From Amphiscolops sp. MND2022 (lineage: Eukaryota), in NCBI GenBank assembly GCA_964187785.1, contig OZ076409.1, forward strand, positions 34,536,001 through 34,600,000: a DNA stretch of 64,000 nt, read 5' to 3'. The translations under genes were made by a program, and so were the position numbers. Position 1 is the stretch's first letter, and each line of letters begins with the position of its first letter. Below, piece after piece: positions 37,493 to 48,412 of this stretch. The notes under the pieces are model-generated. The model was not told the origin of the DNA and ran no database searches. It was given only the letters and a program-made list of their open reading frames with translations.

Positions 37493-40400
37493 ATGTCTTC
37501 ATCTGAAGGTTGGTTTGTTTTTATTCCGAACTAAATTTAACTTGATCAGGGTTAAATTCGTTCACAACATGCTTCCTGTTCCCATTAGTAAACGCGTGAT
37601 AACACGTTATATTCAAATTTTCAAACACTTCCGGAAGTTTTCTAATGCGGTAAAATGGATTCTTTTCAAGGAAGCTCACCGCCAAATTTCATCTCTTTCT
37701 GTTTAGAGAATCAGAGTATAGATGAAGCTCAAACTCCAACCAACACCGTGGAGAACAACCTTACTCAGTCTGATCAAACGTTGGGTCAATTGCCTGAATC
37801 GACTGCTAATCTTGAGCTGGGACCTCTCCCACCTCTTCTTCCTCACAATAGAGCCGTATCTTTCCAGGGCCAGAACATGATTGAATCCCCTCTAAGTACT
37901 GATAGCAACGTGGATGTCACTACTTATGCAACTGAGATGGTTCAACGGATGGAGGCAACTCAAATTGCTGTGTCACCGCCAGTAATGAGAACAGATGTAG
38001 ACAAGCTTGTAGAGGCTTCCAATACGGAGGGTCTGTGCACACCCCCACCAGTTGACCCCAGGAAAATTAGTACTCCCAAGCAGATTAGCCAGGACCCAGG
38101 AGAATCGCCGAGTTTGTCTCAGCTCGAGTCGCTTCTACAAATTGCCCCTACCACTTCCTCTGGATTTCCAGAACTACAAGTTGGTATAGACACGTCAAGA
38201 GGGATTCCTGGAGTATCTTCTTTACAAGGTGAAGAAGATTCTTCTTCCATAATCAGTGGCCCCCCTCCATTACCAAAAGGGAAAACCCGAGAGATTGAAC
38301 TAACGAGTGATATGGATACCTCAGGAGCAGCATCCGGGATTGATGACCTTCCCCCTCTTTATGGTGCAATTCCAGGGTGTTCAGAGCTCGATTCCGAGAA
38401 GGACAGCGATACTGAACTTGATGAATACATCAACAACCCACTCAGGACACCGGCGGCCGGGACCTCGCAACAAGAAGAACCTTTAAGGGAGCTGTCTGGG
38501 CGTAGCAGAGCCATCTTAAAACAGTATTTCGAAACTGAAGATCCTTACACTTTCCCTGTAGGTCACCGGACAGTGGCTTTCACTGAGCCCCAGATTTACC
38601 ACCTGTTGAGAGTCCTGACCGACGAGGCAATCAGCATGACCTGTACAACAATGGAGCAAATGGTCATAGGTGCAGTAAGAGGGAGACCAGCCACGGCACC
38701 CTCTAGAACCAAGCAATTCCGAAGCCGCGCTCAGACTCCTAGACCCCAGCAAGTTGGAAGTACCAGTTCCGAAGGGTTCATTACCGATCCCGGACAGGAT
38801 TCTGAAGCCAGTGGGGATTTTAGTACGTCGCTCGAGACCGGAGGAATATCAATGCTGGACGATACTGATAGTTCTGGAGAAATGGCCCTGATAGCTGACA
38901 GTTTTAGGAAGACATCGAACAAGGACGTCAGACCTGAACAGCACACGTCTATACCACTTGGGTCAGTTGGCAGAGGAGACGAATCCACCGGACAAAGTAG
39001 CCTGGATGTCACACTGTCAGAAGTGCGGGAGCAGTCCTCGACTCAAAAACCTCGAAGTAGAAAACTTGTCAAAAGGACCTCCAAGGCCAAAACCACCCAG
39101 AGACGAGGAGTACCAATGCGGGAGGAGTTCTTCTCCAAGATTGGGTGGACTCGGTCCTTCATATCTGGTCCTGCAGACCCCCTTCACAATCCGCATATGG
39201 TGTGGTGCCATATGTGTAAGAAAAATTTCTCAATCAAGACGAAAGGGGTTGTCGAGATCCTAAGGCATCACAGGACAGAGAAACACCTTCGAAAAGATCA
39301 ACGTTGGCGCTATGAGCACCTCAAGACCGTCGACCCCATCACAGGAAAACTCCAACACAGGGTCAGAGGGAGGAATGGGAAGATCCTAAGCAAAGTTGAG
39401 TTGGCACAAGAACTCCCAAAGTTCATCCATACCGAACTTGTAGACGTGGGAGAAAGGTTTCCCTTTTATGAGGACTAACTCAAGGGAAGTACTACTGCCT
39501 TGGTAACTCCCCAGTCACGGGCCAAAACCCAAATCTGCCTCATCGGAGACTTCATTCAAAGACAGGGAGATTTAACCGTCCTTCGGAATCTATGGTCAAG
39601 AGTGGGGTCTTTCACTGATTACCAGGCAGCTTTCCACGATTTCGATTGGAGTGAGGAAAGGATCACAGTAAGTATAACTTGTGTGCCTTGTTCGTTATCT
39701 AGTCACATGATAGCATTTTGACAGGCATATATACACGCGCATATATATACATAAATAAACACACGTGAGCTAACATAAGTGAAATTGTGGCACCCAGTAA
39801 ATACAGTCCTTTCCATTTCAGGCTATATTCCAGCACATCTTCAATTGTGTGATGGAAGATATAGCTGAACAAGTGAACTCAGCACAGCATTTCTCCATTG
39901 AATTCGAGGACAGTGGGACAGATCGCCTGATGTTCCTGCGCTATTGGAGGGAGACTAAACTCTGTAGAGTTTTCATCTGCCGGAGTGCGCTTCCTGCTGC
40001 CGATCTCACTGGCGAATTGGGATCTTTGTCGCGGTTGTTATCAGTGGTGTCAACTGACCCCGATATAGTAGCCTGTTCAGGCTGCTCAGTTGACTACATA
40101 CGAGCAATTGACCAGCATCCTTCCTATTCACGAGGCATTCAGAGCTGTTTCCGTTTTGAAACACTTGATCTGCGGCTCTTGATGCACAAGTACACATACA
40201 GCGTGTTTGGCCGGATTGATATGTTCTCCGTCCTCCAGTGCCTCCTCGTTTCCCTGGGCGGTTCTGTCACAGAAGACTGGGTCCTAGAATCGCCTGAACT
40301 CACCCGAGTTAGTATACTTTGCTCAATTCAGATAGTAGCATCCTACGCAGTGGATAGGACGTGAACCATACTATATGTTTTGCAATTACATTGTATTTAG

Positions 40401-41847
40401 GCTGTTACCACCTGCAGACTGGAAGTGGACAAGCTCCCCGATTTGTGTCGGGATTTACTCAAGCGGTGGAAATCAGTTCTTCGTTATTTGACCGTCCATT
40501 CTCACCGACAGGAGAACCAGGGAGTGCACAACAAGGTCCAGAGCTTTGAGTGGTCCTTGATATCGGACGAGTTCTTCGCCGTCAGGCTGGAATTCTTTCA
40601 ACGTCTCGTAAATGACTGTAAGTAAACTATGCTTTGACATGTTTCAGTCACATGTCCGTATATGGACCCTTTTGATTTATGTTTTAGATGTGGCCAGCTT
40701 CTCAGTCAATCTCTCCCATAGACGGGATGCAACCTTCTATCTCTGTGGGGAGGTTTGCAAGTTCATCAGTCGACTCTGCTTTCGGGTGTACCAACCTGAC
40801 ACCATTCCCCTCGAGAGTGCTTGGTTTCTCCTGCTGGATTTTAGGACTAGCGACGGGAAGTTCATGCAGGACGACGAGTTCTTGGTCAGACTTAAGATGA
40901 CCAACAAGGTGGCTAGCGCTAGTAATCTGAAAGCTGCAGGATTACATTTTAACAAGAAGTCAAGTAAGGCTGCCATTGATAAAACGGCTGATGCAGCCAA
41001 GACCGACTTTGTGACCAGTGCCAAGAAATATATTGAATTTCTCCTGGGAGCTGTCTTACAACACACTGGCCTTAGCTCCGATCTTATCAAGGGGTTGGCT
41101 GCTTTCGACCCTTATATTATGATGAAACGCCCCACCGATGTGGCCCTCCGACATTTCAGTGTCTTGTATACCACATTCCAGTTGCGTTCCTGGGTCACTG
41201 AGTTAAATGAGGCTGCATGCAGGGATGAGTATCTGGCGTTGTTGGATTATCTCCGAACTTACCATTCTTCCGACCCGAGCTTCACTGATGAGCCAATTGA
41301 CCTCATTGAGTTCCTCATGGGTCTTGATTTCCTCCAGACGCATGAGCATATTCGTTACCTTTTCAAACTATGCTGTTTGTGTTTAACCTCTGTCAGTCCC
41401 CGGTATCCAGCTGTGACCATGGGGAAGGTGGACACACAAGGCCTCCAGACTCGGGTATCTGATGTAGTTCTGCCTTGTCAAAGCTACTTATCTGAGGTTT
41501 CCGGATCCTTGGCCCTTTGCTGTACTGATGTTAATCTCGAGAAGTTTTCCTTACTCTCCTCTTCGTTCGGGCAATCTGGACTCTGCTCTGATTATGATCC
41601 CTGGACGTATGTGGATAACTTCGGGCGCTCTTCGATTTACAAATCCTTCATGTCTTCTCATCGCTCGGTTGCTTCCGCAGAAGTGGGTGCTGCAGATGTT
41701 ACTGTGGCCAGCGTTCCTTCTGTACGAGATGCCCCAGCTGTTAAATTGCCCAGTGGCACTAAGCGAAAACGTATGGAAAGGAGCCAGTCTCGGTCCAGAT
41801 CATCTTCTGTTGTGATGGAGGCTTCTACCAGCACTTCTAAAGACTAA
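37493..41847 (+). pseudogene. Antisense 5-exon zinc-finger / hAT-transposase-like gene, copy with a nonsense mutation
   Basis: Exons 37493-37508, 37707-39667, 39822-40307, 40401-40617, 40688-41847, all GT-AG and phase-compatible. TAA at 39476-39478 where the other copy has TAC. Confidence 0.8.
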
Positions 41848-42078
41848 TTGTGCATATGTATATATGTACATCTCGAGACTGTAATTGTTGTTGATTTGTT
41901 CTTTTGTATATTTTAGTTGTGATTCTATTTCTATGGCTCCGTGTTTATTTATTTGAAAAGGGGTCTCTTGCACGTCCCATCATTTGTTCAAAAAATTTGC
42001 TTCTATGGGACAAAAAGAAAACGTTAAAGAAAAGAAAATAGGTTCGGGGCTCATTTCCTGACCTAAATTCAGTCTTTC

Positions 42079-45000
42079 TTAGTATCTGAAGTCTTCTGAG
42101 TAGTTCGGATTAGGGTTTGGCCTGAGATTATATTTCCCTCCTCTAGGGCTCAGACTTTCTTTTCTAGCATCGTTTTCGGATATTTCGGGCACGATAATAT
42201 CATCCCCCCTTTTTGGAGAGTTTTGTGCATCGTTTTCATTCATTGAATTTCTTTCTGAAAAAATTTCATCATTTTCCGGTCCATCTGCCGTATTCGGCAA
42301 AGAATTTTCTTGGTTTTTCGGGAAAACGGCCGGATTCGGCCAATCAGATTTGTTATTTTCTGTCGCTGCAGTAGCTTCATTTCTTTCAGTGACGTCATCA
42401 TTCAATCGTTCATCTCGGCTGTGCGACGTACGATCGGTAAGATTTGATTCGTCACTCGTGATTACATAATCCACTTCATTCTCGCTTGCGTCACTTGCAT
42501 TCGCTTCTGCCGTACTCGGCTGTTCGTCATTCGTCAAGCTGGCTGGAATAGGCTCGCTGCCTCGCGTATCTAGCTGTTCGCCAAAATTTGTTTCCCACGT
42601 TATTACATACAAGTCGTCTTGCGGAATGATTGTTTCGTCATCCGGCTGTAGACGCTGTTCTCGGAAATTGTCCTCAAGTGGCTGATTTGGAACAAACTTT
42701 TTGAGACGAATTCGATGCAAGATCTGCGTTCTATTTGTATTAAGCCTGCGGACAATGTAATTCTCATTAGGTAAGGTCTTCTGGACTATAAATGGTCCAA
42801 CCCAGCGATAATCCCTGAATGGAATTTTTGATCCTTGATGATCCGCTTTCGGCTGTAATACAAAACAATAATCGCCCTCTTTGAGTGGGGCGGCTTTTGC
42901 TTTTCGGTCGTAATACTCCTTATATTTGATATATGACTGCATGATGTTCTGCTTTGTTTTGTCAATAAGGAGTTTGGTCCGGTTCTGGATTTCTTCTGCG
43001 AATTCAGTAGTCGGATGGATTGGTTCATTTGGATTCATTCCAAGTTTGTGATCCAAGATGTTGTATGGGATTCTCCCATGGAACACTCTTGTGGGTTCGC
43101 ATCCGATACTGGCATGATAACTAGTGTTATGATTGAGAACTGCTAAAGGCAAATATTTATGCCATTGTCGGCGATATTCCCCACATGCCATTTTCAGGTT
43201 CGTTTTCAATGAGGCATGTGTTCGCTCTAATTTCCCGATAGTTTGCGGGTGTTTCGTCGTTGCACATTTTAGGGTAATGCCTAAAATCTGTGTAATTTCC
43301 GCAATGATCGTGGAAGTAAAGGCAGTTCCTTTGTCCGTAATGAGCGTCGTCGGTAGGTAAGAATGTTTGGTCATAATATCTATGATTGCTTTAGCTACAT
43401 TGATCGCTGATGCGTCCGTAAGGGGATAAGCGAACAAGTATCGAGAGAAGACATCAATTGCGGTTAAAATATTTTCGTATCCTCCACTTGGGGGACGATT
43501 CGGCAATAAGTCGATTTGCATGGCGTCTTCGGGTCCAAGGTCCCATTCCGGCAAGTTAAGTAGTTCAGGCGTGATTGTTGCGTTTGGGACTCGTTTGTCC
43601 TTTGCACATTGTTCACACCCTTCTACCCACTTTTTGACATATTTTGCCATGTTAGGGTAATAATACCTTTGTCTGATTTCCTGCAACATTTTTGAAATCC
43701 CGGGATGTTTATGCGCTGTCCCGTGAAGGGAGTGGAGCAATTCCCGGAGTAGGTGTTGCGGGAGCAAAATTTGATGGTATTTAACATTCCCCGTTTCATC
43801 AAAATATTGCCTTGTCAGGATTTCGTCCTTTAGTACAATTCGTTCCAGATTATTTGTATAATGTCTATATCGGGCATCCTGTTGAAGTATGTTTTCTGAA
43901 TAGTCTTCGTGAAGGAGCTTTGCCTTCAGTTGTTGCAATACTGCATCTTTGGACTGCTCGATGATTATCTGGTTTGTTTTCTTTAATCGGACTTGAATGT
44001 CTGGTTGTTGTTTGACCAGATTGGTTGACAGAGTTTCTATGGTAACAGTGGGCTCGTCAATTGCTGGATTTTTCCTGATTGCTTCTTTTCTTGCCCAAAA
44101 CTGTTCTTCTGTTTCGTTGTCGTCATTCGTATAGAATATTTGTTCTTCCTGTGATACCCCCGCAGATTGAACATTTATCTCAATGGGTAAAGTTTGTACG
44201 TCTTCGCGGATTTTCATGACTAATTTATCCTTCGGATCTGCCTCCAATCGGGACAAATAGTCAGCTGCTGTGTTCTGTGCCCCCGGGATATGTGCTATGA
44301 CAAAATTGAACTGAATTACATAATCACATGCATTCCACAGGGCTGGGGGTATTATTTTTGTTTGAAAAAATCTCGTCACAGCTTTGTTGTCTGTGAGGAT
44401 AATGACCGGTTTGGGTGCACCCCAGAATATATGTCCAAATTCTTTGAATGCAAAATAAATTGCAAGAAACTCTTTGGCATATATCGACATCTTTATCTGG
44501 GCTGGGGTGAAGGTTTTAGAGCCATAAGCCACCGGTGCATAGGATTTCCGAAGGGAAGTAAATTTCTGGTTCGGATCATCTTCTATCAGTACTGCGTATC
44601 CTGCTGCGCCAAAACTTGCATCTGTCATTAATGCAATTTGCTTGTTCGGGATGGGTTGTTGTAGGGCCAATTCGCAACATTTGTCTAGTGCTTTATTGAT
44701 TTCTTCGAATTGTTGGACTAATTCTTTCGATACTAGGACTTTTTCGTCACTTTTTAGCATCTTGTAGAATGGAGCAAGGCGTTCGGAGAGTCTTGGGATA
44801 TAATTCCTGTAGTAATTTAGGAATCCCAAATATCGTTGTAAAGCCTTTTTCGACTTCGGGAATTTGGTCTTTTCCAGAAAGTTTTGCACGTTCTGTTTCT
44901 GGGGTTTGACGCCTTGCGGGGTAATAGTTCTTCCGAGAAAATCAATTTCTTTGGCACCAAAGTGACATTTGTGCCTTGTCAATTTAAGGCCTGCTTCCTG

Positions 45001-47292
45001 AATGCATTTGAATGTAGCTCTCAGGTTAGCTATGAGGTGGTCAGCGTCGTTTGCTGCAATGCCTATATCGTCCACGTACTGGGCACACTGATCCGCTTTG
45101 ATGACTTTGTCGAGGTATTCTCTCATAAAACTCGAGAATGCGGATAGTGACCGGCTAAGGCCTTGTGCCAAACGTCTGTAGGCGAATGTGCGACTGGCAA
45201 AATTGAAAGCCAACATTTCTATTGAACGTTGGTCGGCCATTGGTAGGCAATGGTATGCCTGCGAACAGTCTAATTTACAGAATAGTTTTTTGCCTGCCAA
45301 GTGTTGGGCAGCATCAACCAAGGTGCTAACAGGGTGATTATTGTTTATATAATCATCCGAGATGAGGTTGTTGATTTTTCTCAAGTCAACTAAAAGTCGT
45401 AGCTTCCCGTTTGGTTTCTTTTGGGCGAATATTGGGCTTGCATACTTTGAGAACGGTAGAGTGGTGATGATGCCATATTTGTGTAACATGGCTAATTCGA
45501 CTAGGATGTCCTCCTTCAAGTTGATAGGAGCTGGAAGACTTTGACTATAGGCTGGGGAATCGTCTTTAGGTGTCAGTTTCACCTTGAAGTCCTCGTTCAT
45601 GCCTATATCGAATCGGTGTCGTGCAAAGATGTCGTGGAATTCCACTAACAATTCTTCTATTTTCTCCTTCTCTTCAGGAGTAAGGGTGGAATCTTTCCAA
45701 TCAAAGTTTTCTAAGAATTTCACACGTGATTCTTCGTCTTTGGTGGGGTCAAGTGTCTCTAGGTCCTGTAAGGCCTGTAATTCTTGAAGGATTCGCTTTT
45801 GTATGGGCGTATGTTCCTCAGGGTTTCCAGGGTTTTCTGGAGTTGGGAACCAGTAGTTTTCAGTGTTTTGTGGATTTCTGTTCGTCTTGATCAGGCTACT
45901 GATGTAATGGGCTGCTTGCTCTTGGTCGTTTTGCAACAAATGCCAGGTTGATGCCGGGTCTACCGGTTTGACGTATTTCATTTGTTCTGGCGTCATGACA
46001 GAGAAATTGGCAATATGTAATCCCTTTTTGAGTTTATAAGGATGGTCTGTGAAATTGTTCACTGGTATCAATATATTGCCATCATTCAGAGTGACCAAGG
46101 CTGGGCAGAATGTGATGTCGCCTTCTTCATGTAGAAGGTCGCTCGGTTGTAAAATTCCAGTGACAGCATTCTCAGGGTACAGTAGGGAATTGGTCCTGAT
46201 TAGGACTCTGTCATTCGGCGGAATGGTTATTTCAGTAGGGTTGAGAATTGGTTCTAGCACATTTGAGTATTTATGGTCAGCTGTTTTTAGCTGCATTGAA
46301 AAGAACGGGAAGTTCAGGATTCCTTGCCTCATGTCCAGAACTGTATGATTTCGCTGGAGGAACATTAGTCCTATGATTGGTCCTGTCAGATGTTCCATTA
46401 CTATGAAGATTTCATGGAACTCAATGTCACCAACTTCGAATTTAAGCTCTATGGTACTTTTAGGAGTTTCCAGTTGCCCATTAGCGACCATGATTTGGAA
46501 GTTTGGAGGCGGACCCTCTCGGATAACTGATTGTGGTGAAAGGAGTCTAATTTTCCGGAGGTCCATTTCGGGGATTGCACTGGACAGCGCTCCAGTGTCG
46601 ATGAGTCCATCAATGGTCAATTCCCCAAAGTCCATAGGGAAATATAGCATGCGTTTCTTGCATTTCAAGTTTATGTTGGTAGACAGGGGTATACAGTCTT
46701 TTTCACCTTCTCTGGTAATAAGGATGTTTTGGAACTGACTTTCGTCAAGTAGTGACTGTGGTATTGTTTCTTCTGGTTTGTCTGAGGTCTCGGTCCCTAA
46801 AGGGTTTGGGAACACCGGATGGCTTGTACCGTCGTTCATCTGCCATGTTTCAATCAATGCTCTGGTTTTCTTGTTATGGGTGATTGGTGGATTGTCATGG
46901 ACTGATCTGTTATAGAGTTCTATATCATCAATAACGTATTGGAATTGTAACAAATCCTGGTTGTAAAGTTCGGTATCCCAATAGGGATCTCGTCCATAGT
47001 CAGGATCTATGTAGGTAGGGTTGTAGTTGTCTACCAGGGGAATGGGCCTGAATCGGCTATTGAAAGCGGATGTGTAATCAGGGTCCCATACAGGAATTGG
47101 TTTTTGGAACAAATGGGTATTATTGTAAGTAATAATGGTAGCTTTTTCCATTTGTTGCTGCCAGACAACAGAAGGATAGCCCATCAATTGTTGATTGTAT
47201 TGGTGAAAAGTTTGCGTTGGAGGGTCCGATCTGATGTATTGTCGGACAGATATTAGTTGGTTATATTGGAGTCGTGGCGAAGTTAGTTTTTT
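42079..47292 (-). CDS. pol: Gypsy Pol polyprotein (protease, RT, RNase H, integrase), intact
   Basis: LIDTGA; YVDD; LMTDAS..E..TDN..ADYLSR; H-HPG..CEQC; IDLL..TDKG..E; WVGPF. The frame is open back to the gag slippery site. Confidence 0.97.
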   Translation of the reverse strand, partial: KKLTSPRLQYNQLISVRQYIRSDPPTQTFHQYNQQLMGYPSVVWQQQMEKATIITYNNTHLFQKPIPVWDPDYTSAFNSRFRPIPLVDNYNPTYIDPDYGRDPYWDTELYNQDLLQFQYVIDDIELYNRSVHDNPPITHNKKTRALIETWQMNDGTSHPVFPNPLGTETSDKPEETIPQSLLDESQFQNILITREGEKDCIPLSTNINLKCKKRMLYFPMDFGELTIDGLIDTGALSSAIPEMDLRKIRLLSPQSVIREGPPPNFQIMVANGQLETPKSTIELKFEVGDIEFHEIFIVMEHLTGPIIGLMFLQRNHTVLDMRQGILNFPFFSMQLKTADHKYSNVLEPILNPTEITIPPNDRVLIRTNSLLYPENAVTGILQPSDLLHEEGDITFCPALVTLNDGNILIPVNNFTDHPYKLKKGLHIANFSVMTPEQMKYVKPVDPASTWHLLQNDQEQAAHYISSLIKTNRNPQNTENYWFPTPENPGNPEEHTPIQKRILQELQALQDLETLDPTKDEESRVKFLENFDWKDSTLTPEEKEKIEELLVEFHDIFARHRFDIGMNEDFKVKLTPKDDSPAYSQSLPAPINLKEDILVELAMLHKYGIITTLPFSKYASPIFAQKKPNGKLRLLVDLRKINNLISDDYINNNHPVSTLVDAAQHLAGKKLFCKLDCSQAYHCLPMADQRSIEMLAFNFASRTFAYRRLAQGLSRSLSAFSSFMREYLDKVIKADQCAQYVDDIGIAANDADHLIANLRATFKCIQEAGLKLTRHKCHFGAKEIDFLGRTITPQGVKPQKQNVQNFLEKTKFPKSKKALQRYLGFLNYYRNYIPRLSERLAPFYKMLKSDEKVLVSKELVQQFEEINKALDKCCELALQQPIPNKQIALMTDASFGAAGYAVLIEDDPNQKFTSLRKSYAPVAYGSKTFTPAQIKMSIYAKEFLAIYFAFKEFGHIFWGAPKPVIILTDNKAVTRFFQTKIIPPALWNACDYVIQFNFVIAHIPGAQNTAADYLSRLEADPKDKLVMKIREDVQTLPIEINVQSAGVSQEEQIFYTNDDNETEEQFWARKEAIRKNPAIDEPTVTIETLSTNLVKQQPDIQVRLKKTNQIIIEQSKDAVLQQLKAKLLHEDYSENILQQDARYRHYTNNLERIVLKDEILTRQYFDETGNVKYHQILLPQHLLRELLHSLHGTAHKHPGISKMLQEIRQRYYYPNMAKYVKKWVEGCEQCAKDKRVPNATITPELLNLPEWDLGPEDAMQIDLLPNRPPSGGYENILTAIDVFSRYLFAYPLTDASAINVAKAIIDIMTKHSYLPTTLITDKGTAFTSTIIAEITQILGITLKCATTKHPQTIGKLERTHASLKTNLKMACGEYRRQWHKYLPLAVLNHNTSYHASIGCEPTRVFHGRIPYNILDHKLGMNPNEPIHPTTEFAEEIQNRTKLLIDKTKQNIMQSYIKYKEYYDRKAKAAPLKEGDYCFVLQPKADHQGSKIPFRDYRWVGPFIVQKTLPNENYIVRRLNTNRTQILHRIRLKKFVPNQPLEDNFREQRLQPDDETIIPQDDLYVITWETNFGEQLDTRGSEPIPASLTNDEQPSTAEANASDASENEVDYVITSDESNLTDRTSHSRDERLNDDVTERNEATAATENNKSDWPNPAVFPKNQENSLPNTADGPENDEIFSERNSMNENDAQNSPKRGDDIIVPEISENDARKESLSPRGGKYNLRPNPNPNYSEDFRY
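47286..47292 (-). promoter_or_regulatory. -1 ribosomal frameshift slippery site A AAA AAC
   Basis: Gag ends TCA AAA AAC TAA; the -1 frame reads LTSPRLQYNQ...QQLMGYP straight into pol. Confidence 0.8.
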
Positions 47293-48400
47293 GACTCATC
47301 ATTTGAAGATGAGGTTTGTGAGTTGGGAGATGTTGATTTGTTTTGTGGTTTCTGCGCCTTTGAATTGGGGTTACCGTCATTAGCGTCATCTGGTCTGGTG
47401 CGTTTGGGTTTGAGATGCGCACCAGCACCTTGCCAACATCTTTCTTCCGGGTGGTTCTTTTTACCACAAGTGCCACACTCCGGGTACGTCTTTTTCTGAG
47501 TCTGTTTGCCTTGTTCGGCATCTTTTTGTTTTTTCTTCTTCAATTTCTCGCAATCTTTGACCATATGGCCCTTTTCTTTGCAATAATTGCACGTTATATC
47601 ACTCATCTGTACATTGGAAGGAACAGTTTTTGTCTTGCCAATCGAAGATGTCATTGATGCTATAGGCAGGTCGTCAGACTCTTCGAGTGCATTCAGTTCC
47701 AGTTCTCGTTCTAGATGAGCGACAATTTCATCGTAAGAGCCATTCTCTAGTCTAGCCATGTTGACTGATCTTTTGAGCTTTGGTGGCAGTTTTGCATATA
47801 GGAGACTGTCGATCATTTTTTGGGCATTGTCTCCGAAGGCTTTTTCTGCTCCTTGGTTAAGCTCTTCAAGAAAGTCTGGCAATTTGGTCGTGTTAGGGTC
47901 AAAGACTAGGCGATGCCATTTATGTTTTGCAGTTGCCTGAGATTCGGGTTTGACGTACTTTCGTCTGAAAATGACAAGTACATCCTCAAGAGTTTGTCTG
48001 TTGGCGTTGCTGATGTTTCTGAATGTTTGGAGTGCATTCTTTCGCAGCAAGGAATGGAAGTGATTGATTTTCATTTTTTCGGTCATCTCAGGCTGCATCT
48101 TGATCATCGTATGGAATAAATCCTCAAACAGCTCAAACTTCTCACTTTTTCCGTCGAATGTCATTGTGTTGGAGTTGACTGGGCGGATAGTGAGTTGTTG
48201 GGCCGTTGTGCGGTTCTGCATACTAGTCAAAACATCTGCTAGCCTGTTGATGGGGTCCTGTTCTGATGCCAGAGCGGGTCGTTCTTGTGCTGGGATCGTC
48301 GTGTCGAGCAGCGGAAGGTCATCACAGGATCTGTTGAGATGACTAGTGGATGGCATTCGTCCTGTGAGAAACTCAGGAACTTCAATTGGAGATTCGTTTT

Positions 48401-48412
48401 CTCCTGTCACCA
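48401..48412 (-). promoter_or_regulatory. Primer-binding site, tRNA-Leu-like
   Basis: TGGTGACAGGAG immediately follows the LTR-terminal CA; one mismatch from the TGGTGTCAGGAG of animal tRNA-Leu PBSs. Confidence 0.7.

Noticed and set aside
37655..37706. MDSFQGSSPPNF... as the start of the antisense gene
   Set aside because: It lies in a predicted intron with a strong pyrimidine tract and TTTAG acceptor; an upstream ATG exon splices in phase
41944..41953. AATAAA on the minus strand after pol as an internal poly(A) site
   Set aside because: No GU-rich downstream element on that strand; equally explained as the U-rich 3' UTR of the antisense gene
42079..42600. Chromodomain at the integrase C-terminus
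   Set aside because: The tail is acidic and low-complexity with no aromatic-cage motif recognisable
42786..48342. Many short ORFs overlapping or antisense to gag-pol
   Set aside because: Shadow frames of the real coding sequence
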